Of a stretch of 64,000 nucleotides of DNA, positions 50,554 through 63,349 are shown piece after piece (the first letter of the stretch is position 1; each line of letters opens with the position of its first letter). The notes beneath the pieces were generated by a model that was not told where the DNA came from, searched no databases, and saw nothing but the letters and a program-made list of their open reading frames with translations. Source of the DNA: Puccinia triticina (taxonomy: Eukaryota); NCBI GenBank assembly GCA_026914245.1, contig CP110439.1:8680001-8744000 (forward strand), read 5' to 3'. The position numbers and the translations under genes are program-made.

Positions 50554-51331
50554 ATGTGAAGGATGCCCACCCGCTGACTCGGAACACAAGGCTGACTTTA
50601 GTGTGACATGTAATCACCCACCACTTTCAGACCCAATATACACCTTTTCCTATGACTCACCTGCAAACAAGAGACGAGATGCTTGACAGGCCACAATTTG
50701 ATGTAATTGGATAAACTAAATTTTGGGAGGGAGCCCATTCAGGTCCAAAGCATTTTTGGTTTAAACTCACAAATCCGACACAGAATTTGCTTGATACTAT
50801 CAAACTCAGACGGATTGGACCCAATTGAATCACATCAAGGGAGGTGGAACTTATCTAGGCACTTCAATATTTCTGTTGATCTGACAGTTTTTACGTGCAT
50901 GATCTTGATTTTGGAGTGCTTCCCCAAATAAATGTAATAGGGGGAGACAACAACAGAAGTTCAAGAAAAATGTGATGTTTGATCTGAAGTTTTGCCAACT
51001 GCCTCCTTTTCCCAACAGATTCTTTCACTATGGTAAACATGGTTGTACAACCCTTCAAAGTTCAAACCCAGTAACACATTTCAATATTCCGGATCTAGAC
51101 CAAAATAATGGAGGTTTTTTTAGCACAAAACAGCAATTTGTGGGTGTGTATTGAATTGGTTGGCTAAGACTGTACCTTGGTGCAAAGTTACCCAGATATT
51201 TAGCAAGCATATAGTTAATCAGAAGCAGACAACGGTGCATTGGGGGTTTCACAACTGCTGGTAAAATTGAGTGGCCCTGACATAGAGTGCCCAAGTGAGT
51301 TATGGTTTCTGATGCTTAGGTGAATCAATAA

Positions 51332-51622
51332 TCAGTCCATACCTCTTCCTAATTGGTTTCTTCTGGCCATCCAAGTTGCGTGCATGTTGGGGACAGACCA
51401 GGAAGGGATCTTATGGTCGTGAGAATCCGCAACCAACTTGCATTGGAGTTGAACACAGTGATTCCAATTGATCCAGTCACGGGATAATCTCTCTTGGACG
51501 CTGGTGTGGGTGGGTTCACCGGAAAGGGGAAGTTCGATACTCTCTACAAAACCATCTATCCTATCTTGCATAGATTTAATCCACTTCAGTTGATTTTGAT
51601 TGAAACAGAATGTGGTGGGCAT
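51332..51622 (-). CDS. Small (~96 aa) Trp-rich orphan protein inside the large element
   Basis: Clean ATG-to-TGA ORF with protein-like composition, divergent from the transposase gene. Confidence 0.5.
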   Translation of the reverse strand: MPTTFCFNQNQLKWIKSMQDRIDGFVESIELPLSGEPTHTSVQERLSRDWINWNHCVQLQCKLVADSHDHKIPSWSVPNMHATWMARRNQLGRGMD

Positions 51623-52187
51623 TGTCAAAATTTGGCAAGTTTGAACAGCTTTGGTTGAGAAGAGGACGATGATGAAATAATTGGCATAAATGCTAATGAG
51701 TTGTGGCTATTTAAGGTCAGATTTAATTAAGTTTTTCTGGTGCCAAAATATTCCGTTTATCTTTCTGCAAAGTGAACCATTCAAAAGCAAGTCATCCTCT
51801 GGGATTTTACACGGGCATGAGTAATTGGGAAAACTTGCATGTGGGTTGATTGAAGTTAGTCAGTATGTGAGAATTTTAAGAATCACACCATCAGATCAGT
51901 GTGTCGAATCTGTCCTTCTTATTCCCCTGCAATGCAGAAAGCAGTGTCTTGCTGTGTATTTGGACAACAAAATATGGTTCAAAGAAGAATAAGGGAGATG
52001 ATGTGATGAGGCTGCATCGATCACGTGATGCCTTGTTGAAATGTCACAGCAAATTGTACTCAGTAAATTTGTGGGATAATATATGTTGGTAAGGAAGGGG
52101 GACCTCACAGCTTAACACCTCCGTCTGGCTATCTAACCTTCCAACACCGATTTCTCATCATTTCTTTTGCCTTAATCATCTGATCCT

Positions 52188-55100
52188 ATGAATAACATTC
52201 ATCCTACCTACGTATGTCATTGTAAATCTCATGGATGCTATGCAACCCAGCATGAAGAAGAAGGTATTGGCGTGGTTCCAGGAAGAGTACTCTCTAGGGT
52301 TGCTTATCAAGAGCACCAAAGTAAGGAATCACAGTTACAATTGAAGGTGTCATCAGTAGTTCCTCCTCCGCTTCTCACAGGTAGCACATCACACGTAAGC
52401 CGACATAAATCCCAATCCATTTGATCAGTGGTACTGATAATGAGGTCTTCCGTTGTGTTCAAAATTCTTCACTGAGAAGGAACCATCTCACTCTAACATG
52501 GTCCTGTGTCAAAATTACGGAGCCAGTGCACATCCTCTGTTCCTAGAGGAAGATTTCTGCAAACAAGTTATGCTGCAAATGGCGGAGTCCGTACTAAGAA
52601 ACCGTCTCAGCAAGTCAGGTGCAGCTGATTTTCTTCGGGCAGCTCGTGAAAATGCTATTTTGCTCTTGAATATCTGGAGTAGTACCGATAGGACACTTGA
52701 CGCATCCAGAATTGTGGAACAGATACCCCACACCCGCGAAGCCGTTTTTAACCGCCTCGGACTTAACCCTAGTATGACTACACAAGTGTGCTGTCAAAAG
52801 TGCTTTGCTTTGTACCCACTAGACGACAAGACAAAACTCTGCCCAAAAAAATGCAATCAGCCATTCCTATCATCTTATCAGAGATTTTGCAAGTGGGCAA
52901 AAGAAAATGAACTGCAACCTAGATGTGATCATGATCTTCTAAAGCCAAATCAAAACAATAAACTAAAGCCATTGCGCACATTCAGCTATGTCAAACTAGA
53001 GACTTGGCTCAAGGCACGACTTTCTGAATCGCACTTTAAGAATCTACTAGATACCAGCCTGAGTGCTCGATCTCAGAGCTCTGATCAAATGATGGAGGAT
53101 GTGTGGGATGGAACCGTGTGGCAGGAGTTTCCTGCCACTGAAGAGGGTGATGGGATCTTCACCAAGACTTCTGGGAACCTTGTATTCAGCCTTTATCTCG
53201 ACTGGTTCAACGCTGAAGGATCATCAAGCCTAGGTTCCCATAATTCTGTTGGTGCAATTACTTTGATATGCTTGAATCTTCCGCCCAGTCAACGCTACAA
53301 GATCAAGAACATATTCCTTTTTGGTGTGATCCCAGGACCTAAGGAGCCTAGCCTTGATCAATTGAACCATCTATTGTCACCCTTAGTCAAGGAGCTGCTG
53401 TCATTTTGGAAGGGTGTTTGTTTCGAATCTACAGCATCACATCCAGAAGGCAGGATCATCCGTGCCGCAATTTTCCCCCTTATTGCAGACCTTCCGGCAC
53501 TCCGCAAAACAGCTGGTTTTGGAAGTCACGCAGCAACCTTATTCTGCTCCTTTTGTCTAATGGATAAGAAGGATATTGAAGAAACAGACCCGTCAAAGTT
53601 CCCTGCACGATCCAACGAGCAACATCTACTCCATGCAAAAGCGTGGTTTGCACTCGATAGCTACCAGGCTCGGAAGAAATTCATGAAGAAACACGGTGCA
53701 AGATGGAGTGTTCTAAATGAACTCCCCTACTGGCGTCCAGTCGAATACTGCTCTATTGAGCTTATGGACGCTCTGATTCTTGGTGACTTAAGAGATCACA
53801 GCATGCGTTTCTTGTACCTGCCTTCGGCAGCCAAACAGCTCAAGTCAACTCAGGAGAAGGAGGAGGAGTGGCAGATGGATGCCCACTTTACGGCGCTTCC
53901 ATTCACTGATCTTTTTCCAAGTGAACCAAAGAAGACAGAGAAGCGGAGGCGCAGTGAAGAGCCAGATGATCCAACTTCAGAACTAAGGCCACCTAAGAGA
54001 GGAAAAACATCTCAAAACAACCCTTCCCTCAAGGGGAAACAGCGGGCAAATCAAGCTGATTCTAAATCTCAGTCTCAAGCCTCCTCGCAAACTGGCTCTG
54101 AGAGCACCCCAAGAAGCCACTCTTACAATTTCCGAGTTCGAAAACAGACGATTTACAATGAATGTGACGAGAGTGCAGATACTGAACACTCAGAAGATGA
54201 CCGGAATAGTGATTGCACTGAGAGGGGACCAAAGAGAAACAAATTGTTGACACCACTGGGAAGAGACGGTGCTATCTCACATCGACTAAGGCCTCATGAA
54301 CTTGAGGTGGTTTGACGAACACTCATTCACACCACAATCCCATCTTGGATTGACCGGGTTCCACATAATTTAGGATTAGCAAGTCATGGCTCGCTAAAGG
54401 CTGCTGAGTGGCTTATTCTCTACAAAGTTTACTACACGATTGCATTGATTCCTGTCTGGAAGAAAACTTATTCAGAGTGTGCTACGGAAGAGGAAAAGGA
54501 ACGAGTTGAAATTTTGCTGGAATCTACGACTCTTCTTTCCAAGATTTCACATTTCCTCACCTTGCCAAAGATCAATCCCCAACATCTCCCAGAGCTTGAT
54601 GTTTGATAGTGAAATACCGCAAATGCCTCCATCGAGGATGGCCGGAAGAATCAACAAAGCCAAACCTGCATCTGACACAGCACTATTCTGATGTCATACA
54701 GAGGTTTGGTCCCCCTAGATCAACAGCAGCGTGGGCGCAAGAACGGGTTAATGGAATTCTCCAAAGATTACCAACAAATCACCACCCATGTCAGTCTGTG
54801 TTTTATTTAAATTCTGTTTAGATCATTACCAGCTGATAAGGTCTTTTTTTTTCTGGAGATCAGCGGAGATCCCAAAAACATTGTTGAAGGAATGGCACAT
54901 AAACTCCACCCTCCAACTTGTTATCCGTGGCGAAGAAACAAAGAAAGGCGGTTTGTTGGGAACGGACAATGCAAAGAAGAAGAACAAACCCACTTTACAT
55001 CTTGACTCACAAATGATGACAAAGTGGAAACGAGCTATTGCGGGGAAAGAGAAATCTAAGGGAAGGCTTTGTGCAAATCCCATGGAGCTTGATCCAACGG

Positions 55101-55555
55101 TATCAAGCGAAATTATGATAACAATCAAAGGAAAGAACTTCAGCACAGCAAATCACCATCTTGGAAATTCTTATATTGAGTTTTTCTTTGGCCCTGACCA
55201 ACGGTTTGGAACCATCAAGAACATATTCCGCTCAATTCAAACACCTGGGAAAACATGGATTATTGTTCTTCCTTTCAAGGAACTGAACAAAACTGATGAT
55301 CCCTACAATGATTATCCGGACCTCAATTGCCGATTGGTTTGAGATGAGTTTGAAGTTGCAGTGATTGTGGAGGAGGAGAAAATTGTTGGACATGTGGCTG
55401 TCCTGAAGAACCCTGCAGGAACTTTTGGAATTTTAAGCGAGACCATCACAGCTGTTGGATTGGGCACGGTGGTAAGTCATTCTCATGTGATACGGTTTTT
55501 TTGGACGTTATCTGACAGATTGTTTGTCCAGGGATGGGAAGGTCTTGAGATGTAA
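52188..55555 (+). pseudogene. CACTA/EnSpm Tnp2-family transposase, multi-exon, with premature stops
   Basis: CCQKCFALY, DVWDG..W, SLYLDWFN, LNLPP..RY, GVIPGPKEP, ADLPALRK..GF...FCSFC, HGSLKAAEW, KPNLH, FGP...WAQERVNG. Stops at ~54313 and ~55340. Confidence 0.9.
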
Positions 55556-55885
55556 GATCTATTTGGATGTTTTTTATTCTCATATGTACAAACTTTATAT
55601 ATATGTTTGCTTGGATGTTTTGCTTGAATAAGGGGTGCTTTCCCTTTCAGCTTGGTATATCGATGATACCAGATCTTCTGTTTCTGATCCGAGAAGCAAC
55701 ACAGTGTCCTCTATATATTATTCTGAAGTTACTCTGAACCCAAGACCATGTTCCTTGCTTATTGATTTTTAGATCACTCTACACTCGTCTCTGTCTCCTT
55801 CTTGAGAAACCATAAATATTCTCGATCAAAATTCAAAACATCTGTTTGCAATATTTCATCTTCAAATTGAGATTCAGCTACATCA

Positions 55886-57614
55886 ATGGATCATGAGCCT
55901 CAGGAAGTCGACGCCGACGGAGGTAACGGAAATGCTGATCAAGCTGGAGGACAGACTGGACCGCAAGGTGGGGGAAATGGTCAAGACGAACACAGCTGGA
56001 TATCAAAGGTCATTGACAGCATCCTACCTAACATCACTGACGAAGCCAACCGTAATAGATCTGCTGGTAGCTCAGCTCCTTCTGGTGAGTTAGAAATCAC
56101 AAGAAAAATTTAATTATCATTTTTAAATTGATTTTGATTCGGGCTTTCATCGGCTAGGTTCGCACCCTGCAGGATTGTTGAACACTGACAGCGTCACGGA
56201 ACGACCCCGACTGGATCCCCATTTCGTTGTTGAGAATGCCAGAGGGGCAAGAGCTCATGTGGAGGAGAATGGGATTTGAATCCGTGGGGAGCGCCGAGCC
56301 CGAGGAATTGCTTGGAAGGAAGCTCTCAATGAGCATTGCGACAAGTATTCTCGTGGGATCCAACATTTTATCAAATTTTTCCTTGGAGGACCAGTAAAAC
56401 CGCAAGACTATCCTTCATCGCCGACCACAGAAGAATTAGAGGCTCTTTACTGGGTAGACAGGCGATCCAAAATGATAATTGAACAACTCGATAGGTTGCG
56501 TTCCAGTCTCTCGGCCAAATCTCTAGCGGAGCAAGACTTCTATGTGGCACAGGCCGAGAAGGAGATACGTAAGAATATCCCACTTCCAACATTCCATCCG
56601 GCTCCGAGGAAAGGTGATCTAGGAGGTGGAAAGCCAATCAGTCTCCAAACGAAGGGGGATGTTGAGCGAGCGCTAGCCTTAGCTGGAATCTCGAGATTCA
56701 CGTTTGAATGGAACGTTCCCCGTGACGAGGATTCGACTTGGAACTCTGCGGTTATTGAAGTGATGGGAAAGAAATCTGTGGAATGGCTTGGATGATCAAT
56801 GAAAATCAGTGAGGAGGAGACTGGACAGGTGGCAGCTATCATTAAACGTTGGCTTGAAACTAAATCGCGAGAGATTCAACAGTACGGAGATATGGATGTT
56901 ACCAAGTACGATGATATCAAGTCAAAGAAATCAACCAAGGCACAATATCAGAGGTGGCGCAAGAATGTAAGTGCGGTGTCTCCTGCTCAACCCGTTTTTC
57001 TGAACCAGTAACACAAGTTGATAATTTGTTTTGCACTGCAACAGATCAAGGAGCAACGATGTAAGATGGGTGATAAAGTCTTTCATAATCTTCCCCAACT
57101 GGCGGTAGTGCTGGAGGACAAGAGGTGCCACTCGGATATTGAAGACGGACCGGACGGCGCGAATCCTATTAGTGTATTTCCAGCTTGGCGTAGTGTTCAT
57201 CTCACAGAAATCCTCCACAATCTCGATTGAATGGTGCAAGCCCAAGCTACCCATCACAAAACAATCGAGACAAACAAGAAGATGTATGCACGTTCGGCAC
57301 GTAACCACGCGAAGACTGTTGGTGGAGCTATTGGCGTTGCACGTGATTGGCCAAAAGATTGCTATGATCAAGGGTTCTGGAACGGTCTGAGTAAATTCGA
57401 GCAGGATACTCTTTCAAAAATTCCGGAAGTCAACATTGCACAGATCGCTCAAGGCTTGACTCAGATTTGCCGAAGGGGTAATCACACCGGCTCCAGTGGT
57501 CCATCAGACGGAGGAGTGACAAGCCGTGGTCAGAAACGAGTTCAATCTGAAGAACGGAATGATGACCAGGTGGGAGGTGTCCCAGGCGCTAGCGGAGGAA
57601 TGCATGTCGATTAA
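55886..57614 (+). pseudogene. Unknown-function protein, element gene B (candidate second/TnpA-like ORF), with in-frame TGA stops
   Basis: Exon peptides FTFEW...STWN, CHSDIE...WRS...LD, WPKDCYDQGFWNGLS. TGA at ~56793 and ~57228. Intron 56967-57044. Confidence 0.72.
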
Positions 57615-57846
57615 TCAAAAATGATGGTTTTTGGGGGGCAGGTGATTTTGTGTTGGCTGTTTCTTTTCTTTTCTAACGGTGGTATCCTTCTAAAAGATGT
57701 TTTCTCCAATTGTACTTCATTTTGATAATCTGGAGGCTGGAGATAGTTGAAATAGATTCTGGTATTTTGGAACCGGATTGTGATGCCTATTCCTGTGCAA
57801 AGCGTAGATCCCGTGAAGAATGTGGGATCTGCAATCACCAGGTCAA

Positions 57847-57882
57847 TGTCACCAAAACGTACGCGCGTACGTTTTGGTGACA
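57847..57882. repeat. 36-bp perfect palindrome, copy 2
   Basis: Identical to 50518-50553. Confidence 0.97.
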
Positions 57883-58543
57883 CAGGGCAGACCTACAAGT
57901 TGTATCACAACTAAGCCCTCTGCCAGGGGTTTCTAGCGCAACAGAGAGAACTTATGATCAAGATAAGTCCAATTGCAACTTATATGTAGATGAAGTGGGG
58001 TTTAAGTCAAAAACAACCAATCCTTCATCTACACTTGTGACCATTGTGATACCTGTTTGTTTGAGAGTTATTTCGTATGCAGAAAAGAGTGAATCCATAT
58101 TACATATGATAATTCCCCCTGGGTTTATTTGGAGAGGGAAAGACAAACTTGGGTGCTAGGACCTGAATGCATATCTATGCCCTTCATGATTCTTAACGTA
58201 TGACAAAGTGTGTTTCTTGATGAAATCAGCTGGTGGTGCTCCCTGCTGATAAATAATGAACAGTTGATTATGTATTCCTTTGTCTACAAGGGGATTAATT
58301 AACCTAGAAGATGGTCTCTCAGACCTATGTAGATTGAAGATCGAGTCAAATAGATTGTGGTTGTACACAACCCTTTTTGTTGATGCGTCACCTGCTTCCA
58401 ATGAGAATATATAAGCACGCACTTTTCAATGGTTCTTGTCTCTTCCCCCCACCTCCCATAATTTCTCCACATCACAAGTGTCATTTAATCAACTCCATCA
58501 ATTCTCCCAACCTATCCTCCTTACATATCAACACACAAAAACA

Positions 58544-61125
58544 ATGAATACCAAGACCCCAAACACTCCTCATCCAGCTCCCTTACCAGCCGAACCCAAT
58601 GCCACTCGAGAAGCTCCACCAACACCACCCCCAAGTAAGAATTTCATGGCAGTGGATTGTTCTTATTCCTGTTGTTCCTCTTACTGACTGATTACATCAC
58701 ACAGCTAAAGAGGTTTTAGAGCAGAACTTCCTTGGTCCGCCATTGCCAGCCCCAACGTTTGAAGAGTTCTCAACATCGATGAAAAGTAACAGCCTTCCTG
58801 AGCCCCTCAACCCAGACCAATCAATCCTCCAAAGCGGAATACAGCAGATTACGGCAGAGGAATTCAATCGTAACATTTCAACTGCTGAAACAACGTTACT
58901 TGGCTTGGTCAATCTGAGGCTGCCAAGGAGCATCAAGAGGAAGATTGGCGAATGCGCTCATGAAATTAAAAACTCAAAATTGAGTGTGTTATCTGTTGAA
59001 ACCATTCAAGAGTTTCCTGAACGAAAAGCTGATTTATTCCCTTCACCTTAGCATTTGAGGAGACCGGTGAAATACCAGACAATGAGGGAATCAGTATTAC
59101 TGAAGCACAGCCACCCCGCCCATCTTCCTGCAGCACAACCTTGGTGTCCACAATCCCAAGAAGATCGACAAAGAAAAGCAAAAAGGCCAACTCAGTTGAC
59201 CCAGCCTTGCTATTAACCCAAGGACGTGTTTCTGTTCCTACAAATTCCAACACTCCAGCGGCTTCTGATAACGTCAATGGTCCTGACCTCCCGGTGGTGA
59301 ACACATCATCTGCGACACCTTTACTTGCCAACACAGCATCGCAAACGCCTACCACCCCCAGCCAGACCACATTTGACCCAGCCCCACAAACCATATCACC
59401 TGCCGAGTTGTTCAAACCTACCGGGCCTCAAATGGACAAGGGACCTCGAGATACCGAGAACAGTGCAGTTTCCGACTCTGCCAATTACGGTGGGAAATTA
59501 CCTGCTCCTTCTTTCCTGCCCTATGTCATACTTCTATATGCTAACCCGTCAGCAGCCTACTGATAAATTATGGTTTTTGGATTTTACAGCCCCAGGTCCA
59601 CCTCTGGATAACGCTCCTCAGTCCAAAATACCTGTACCACCTGAATCAAGTTGTGAAATTGAGTCTGGCGGTAACCAAAACGACAAATCTCAAACCTCGG
59701 GAATCCCTGCTTCCCTTCTACCAAATACTTCCAACGGTGGTGATCCAGGAGCCACCAAATTGCCAACCAATCTAACTATCCTCAAGTCGATCGATGCACA
59801 AATTTCAGTGATCAAGATCTCTCAGGAAGTTGATGGTGTGAGGCCAAACTGGGAGAGGTACAAAACCACATGGGCTGCTCTCTCAAAACTTGCTCAATTT
59901 CGAGCTCAATCTCTCCAGAACCCAGGTCCACACAGCATGGATTTTCACTTTGAAAGAACTTCCTGCTCATACACTTCTTGGATTAAAAATATTAGCTCTC
60001 TGGGTTAGTTGCACATCCTTGTTTCACTTCATTTCACCTCAATAATTTAACATTCATCGTACTCTCCCCTCAGCCACCGACTTCTTAGCTCCATCTCCAA
60101 ATGACCAATGGAACTGCCCAGACGTCATCAATTTCGATCTGATTTTGGTATTTGCCCAAAGAGAAAAAACTGGCTCCTCTGAGCCATTTGTCTCTCCCAC
60201 CTCGAAAACCAAACATCCTGAGTCCACACTCATCCAATTTCTTCACCGTCTCCAAAGCCCACCTCCTGCAGTCATCTCCGAGTGGGCCAAGATAATTGCT
60301 GCATCAGTTGAGGTCATGGCTTTTAAGCTCTACAACCCACCACCTCCAACTCCTGATGCCAACAACGAACCAATTAACCAAGGTCTTCAGGTTCTTGAAT
60401 GGCTTGAAGGACTCAAGAAATCGCTCTCAAATTTTGAAACGACTAGTGAGACCGACCAAACCTCTGCTGATGCCGAAGGAAATGTTGTCCAGCGCTCTCA
60501 CGCCATCGATGTCCTGAAAGAATTTGCTAAGGTCATAATCGACGTATATATGGGATACATTATATTCCAAGTTCACGGTCTCAGTGGACCTCCACTAAAA
60601 AACAGCCAGGTCAAGCAAAAATCTCGAGCCCAAGAAGCCACAGCCAATCTGTCAAACTCAGGATCCAACCCTGGTCTCACTCAAATTGCTGCCGGAGACG
60701 CTTTAAAGACGAAAACCACGGCTGTCCAGAAACTCAAGGAAATCCAGACTAGGCACAACTTCCAGCCCCTCACCTACTTCCTTGTTGGCGGTGTTCGAGG
60801 TCTCTTTGTCGCTTCCAAAAATTACCGCCACTCCCCAGTATCAGAATGTATGTCATTCATCCAGTCAATGGCGGCAATTAATGAGTGGTCCAAATCACCT
60901 CGAACACCAGAGGAACCGATCTGGAAAAATCTGTCAGCATACCTGGTTGAAATCTTCAAACCGGCATTCCAGTCACCCGGTAAAATTGTACCTATCCAAA
61001 AAAAGCCAGATCCTCATGAGTTAGCACAGGCTATTACGGTAGACTTTTTGACCCATTGGAGGACCAACCAACCTAGCTGTCCATTTCTCATTCCCCAGGC
61101 ACCTCGCCAAATCACCGAAAAGTAA
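58544..61125 (+). CDS. Multi-exon orphan protein (P/S/T-rich N-terminus, helical C-terminal region)
   Basis: TATA-like TATATAA ~58407, ATG 58544, collinear ORFs 58743.., 59141.., 59325.. and 60145..61125 joined by GT-AG introns. Confidence 0.62.
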
Positions 61126-62460
61126 TGTGTCTCCTTGAGTAGCTCTGTTGCAGTACATAACCCCCTCCTGTTTCACTGTGTCAACACCCCCCTCTTTTAG
61201 CTCCTCCAATCTGCCAACGATAGTGTGCCTTTCTCTTCATTTCAGGTAAATGGCTGCCTATGTTCAATATCTGCCTTCCTTAGCTGTTTGTTCTGAAAAT
61301 TGTCAGATTTTTGTGTGCTCCAAAGTGTGTACATAAAAATGACATTGAGTTGAAATAGATTGCACATGAAACTTTTGAAGATTTGCTTGTTTGCCCCAAA
61401 AATAACCAAATCGGCCTCTTTTCCTGTCCTGACTCAGGCAGTCTGATCTCTGTCAACTCCTTACTATGTCACATGAGGATTGTCTTGGCTCCTAGGTTCT
61501 ATGTGCTTTAAAATAAAGCAATTGTCTTTTTCTTACCCTTGTAGTATACCTATTGAAGGCTATCATGTAGAACCCTTGTGATAGGAATTGTGTGAATTTT
61601 TGCTCCGGTGCAGACCACCACCCTCCTATCTGAAAGAGAATAATACCTGGAGGAAATATTGTCAATAGGTCCTTTGCACTCATTCCAAATCTCAGTTACA
61701 CATACGTGACTTTTGTTTGTTACTTTAGACAATAATCAAGACTAGGGATATTCTAAGAGGCTGTTGACCGTCTTTTGCCTCCCTGTAAAAGTGTTTCCTG
61801 TTAAAATTCACCGATTTGAGTCTTCCTTTGTTTCAAAGGATTCATGTAGACACATCCAGCAGTGTGGTTATTTGATTATTCTGCACTGGGAATTGGTGAG
61901 AGATAATTGATTTTATGTGAATAAGTTTCATTTGGATTCACTTGAAAATCTTGAATGCTATCTGATGAAATCACTTCAAAGTCATTTCTTTGATTTTCTT
62001 TCTCTGAAATTACCAAGATGTAGGAATATGTCAGGGAGCAAAGGTCACACAGAAACCTTTGCTGGACATGTTAAGGGATAAGTGTCATGTAAAATCCAGT
62101 ATTAAACTCAAACTGTGTTATATACTGCAAAGGCAGTCACCTGTTGCACTTTCTCCAATCCAAAAAAACAATATGCTGGCCAGAGAATCACGACTTATGC
62201 CTCCCAAACTGCAAAGTACTGCACTTACTCCAAGGAACCTTTTGCACATTCTAACTATACTCTATCAAGGTTTGATAACATTACACAGGTATTTGGCATG
62301 AGGAGGAGCAAGAATTTACAAATCTCATATGGCTTGGATAAAGCATCATCATTTTTTATCAAAGAAACACATCAAACAATGTCTCAAAGATGGGAAGGAG
62401 GAAACTTTTGGGAAGTGGGAAAAGACAAAGAGGAAATAGGATGAAGTGTTGTATTTTCAC

Positions 62461-63349
62461 TTAAATCTGTTCAAAGCTGAATGAAATGATCTCTTTTTTC
62501 CGTTCCTTCTCTTTGGTAACTTCACCAGTGCCCAATCGTCTACGTTTAACTGTTGAATTTTTTTGGGATTTGACCTGAGGAAATATCTGGTTGATATTGA
62601 GCGTCCTAAAACTTCGAGGCTGTTGACCTTCGCAAAAAATAAGTGTCAATTGTAACCCAGCACAAGAAGCAGGAGTGGGAAAGTGTGGCAGCTGATCACT
62701 TACTGTTGTTTCCACAATGTGAGCATCCTTATAGGATTCAATCCCAGCCTTACCACCAAACTTGATCCAGTCCCCACGTTGAAGCTGACACATTTTCCCC
62801 AAAAGTTCAGAGTCCCAGGCAAGAAGTCGGATCGAGGCCCCCTGCAATCAGTTTGCATGAGTTCTAAGTGAGTTCAAAATTCATATAACTATCACCTAGT
62901 TTCACCAGACAGCGTACCTTCTTTGGTAATGCGTCCTGAACAGTCACATAGCTTTGTCAACAAGCAGTCCAATTGTAATTAACCTTTACCACATATCCAG
63001 ATCCCCAGACGCGAGCCTTGTGAAATTCCTCGACCAATTCAAAGCTTTGGCCTTGGTGTAACACCCACTTTCCTTCGCCAACCGTAACCTTGGGGTAACC
63101 ACCAAAAGTACTAGCAGTAAGGTATCCAGTGAAAAAGATTTGGGTTTCAGGATTGTAAATGAAAGGAGGGGGATCTGGGCTGCATGACTTTAGAATGACA
63201 TGGAATTTTGACAGTTCAGAATATGGGATATGTTGGACTATATCATTGGAACTGATCACAGTGGTGAGATGGATAGTATTATCTAAAGATCCATGAATCG
63301 ATGTGATATCCACTAGAGAAATGTGCAGGTTTCCAGATATCTCAAACAT
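62461..63349 (-). pseudogene. Putative OB-fold (ssDNA-binding-like) protein with one in-frame TGA
   Basis: Beta-strand-rich peptides VWGSGYVVKV and IRLLAWDSELLGKMCQLQRGDWIKFGGK resemble OB-fold patterns. TGA at 62957. Fold assignment is by eye only. Confidence 0.5.

Noticed and set aside
57958..58422. Two in-frame minus-strand ORFs as an extra cargo gene
   Set aside because: No ATG start or recognisable motif, and they overlap the likely promoter of the 58544 gene. Cannot be supported.
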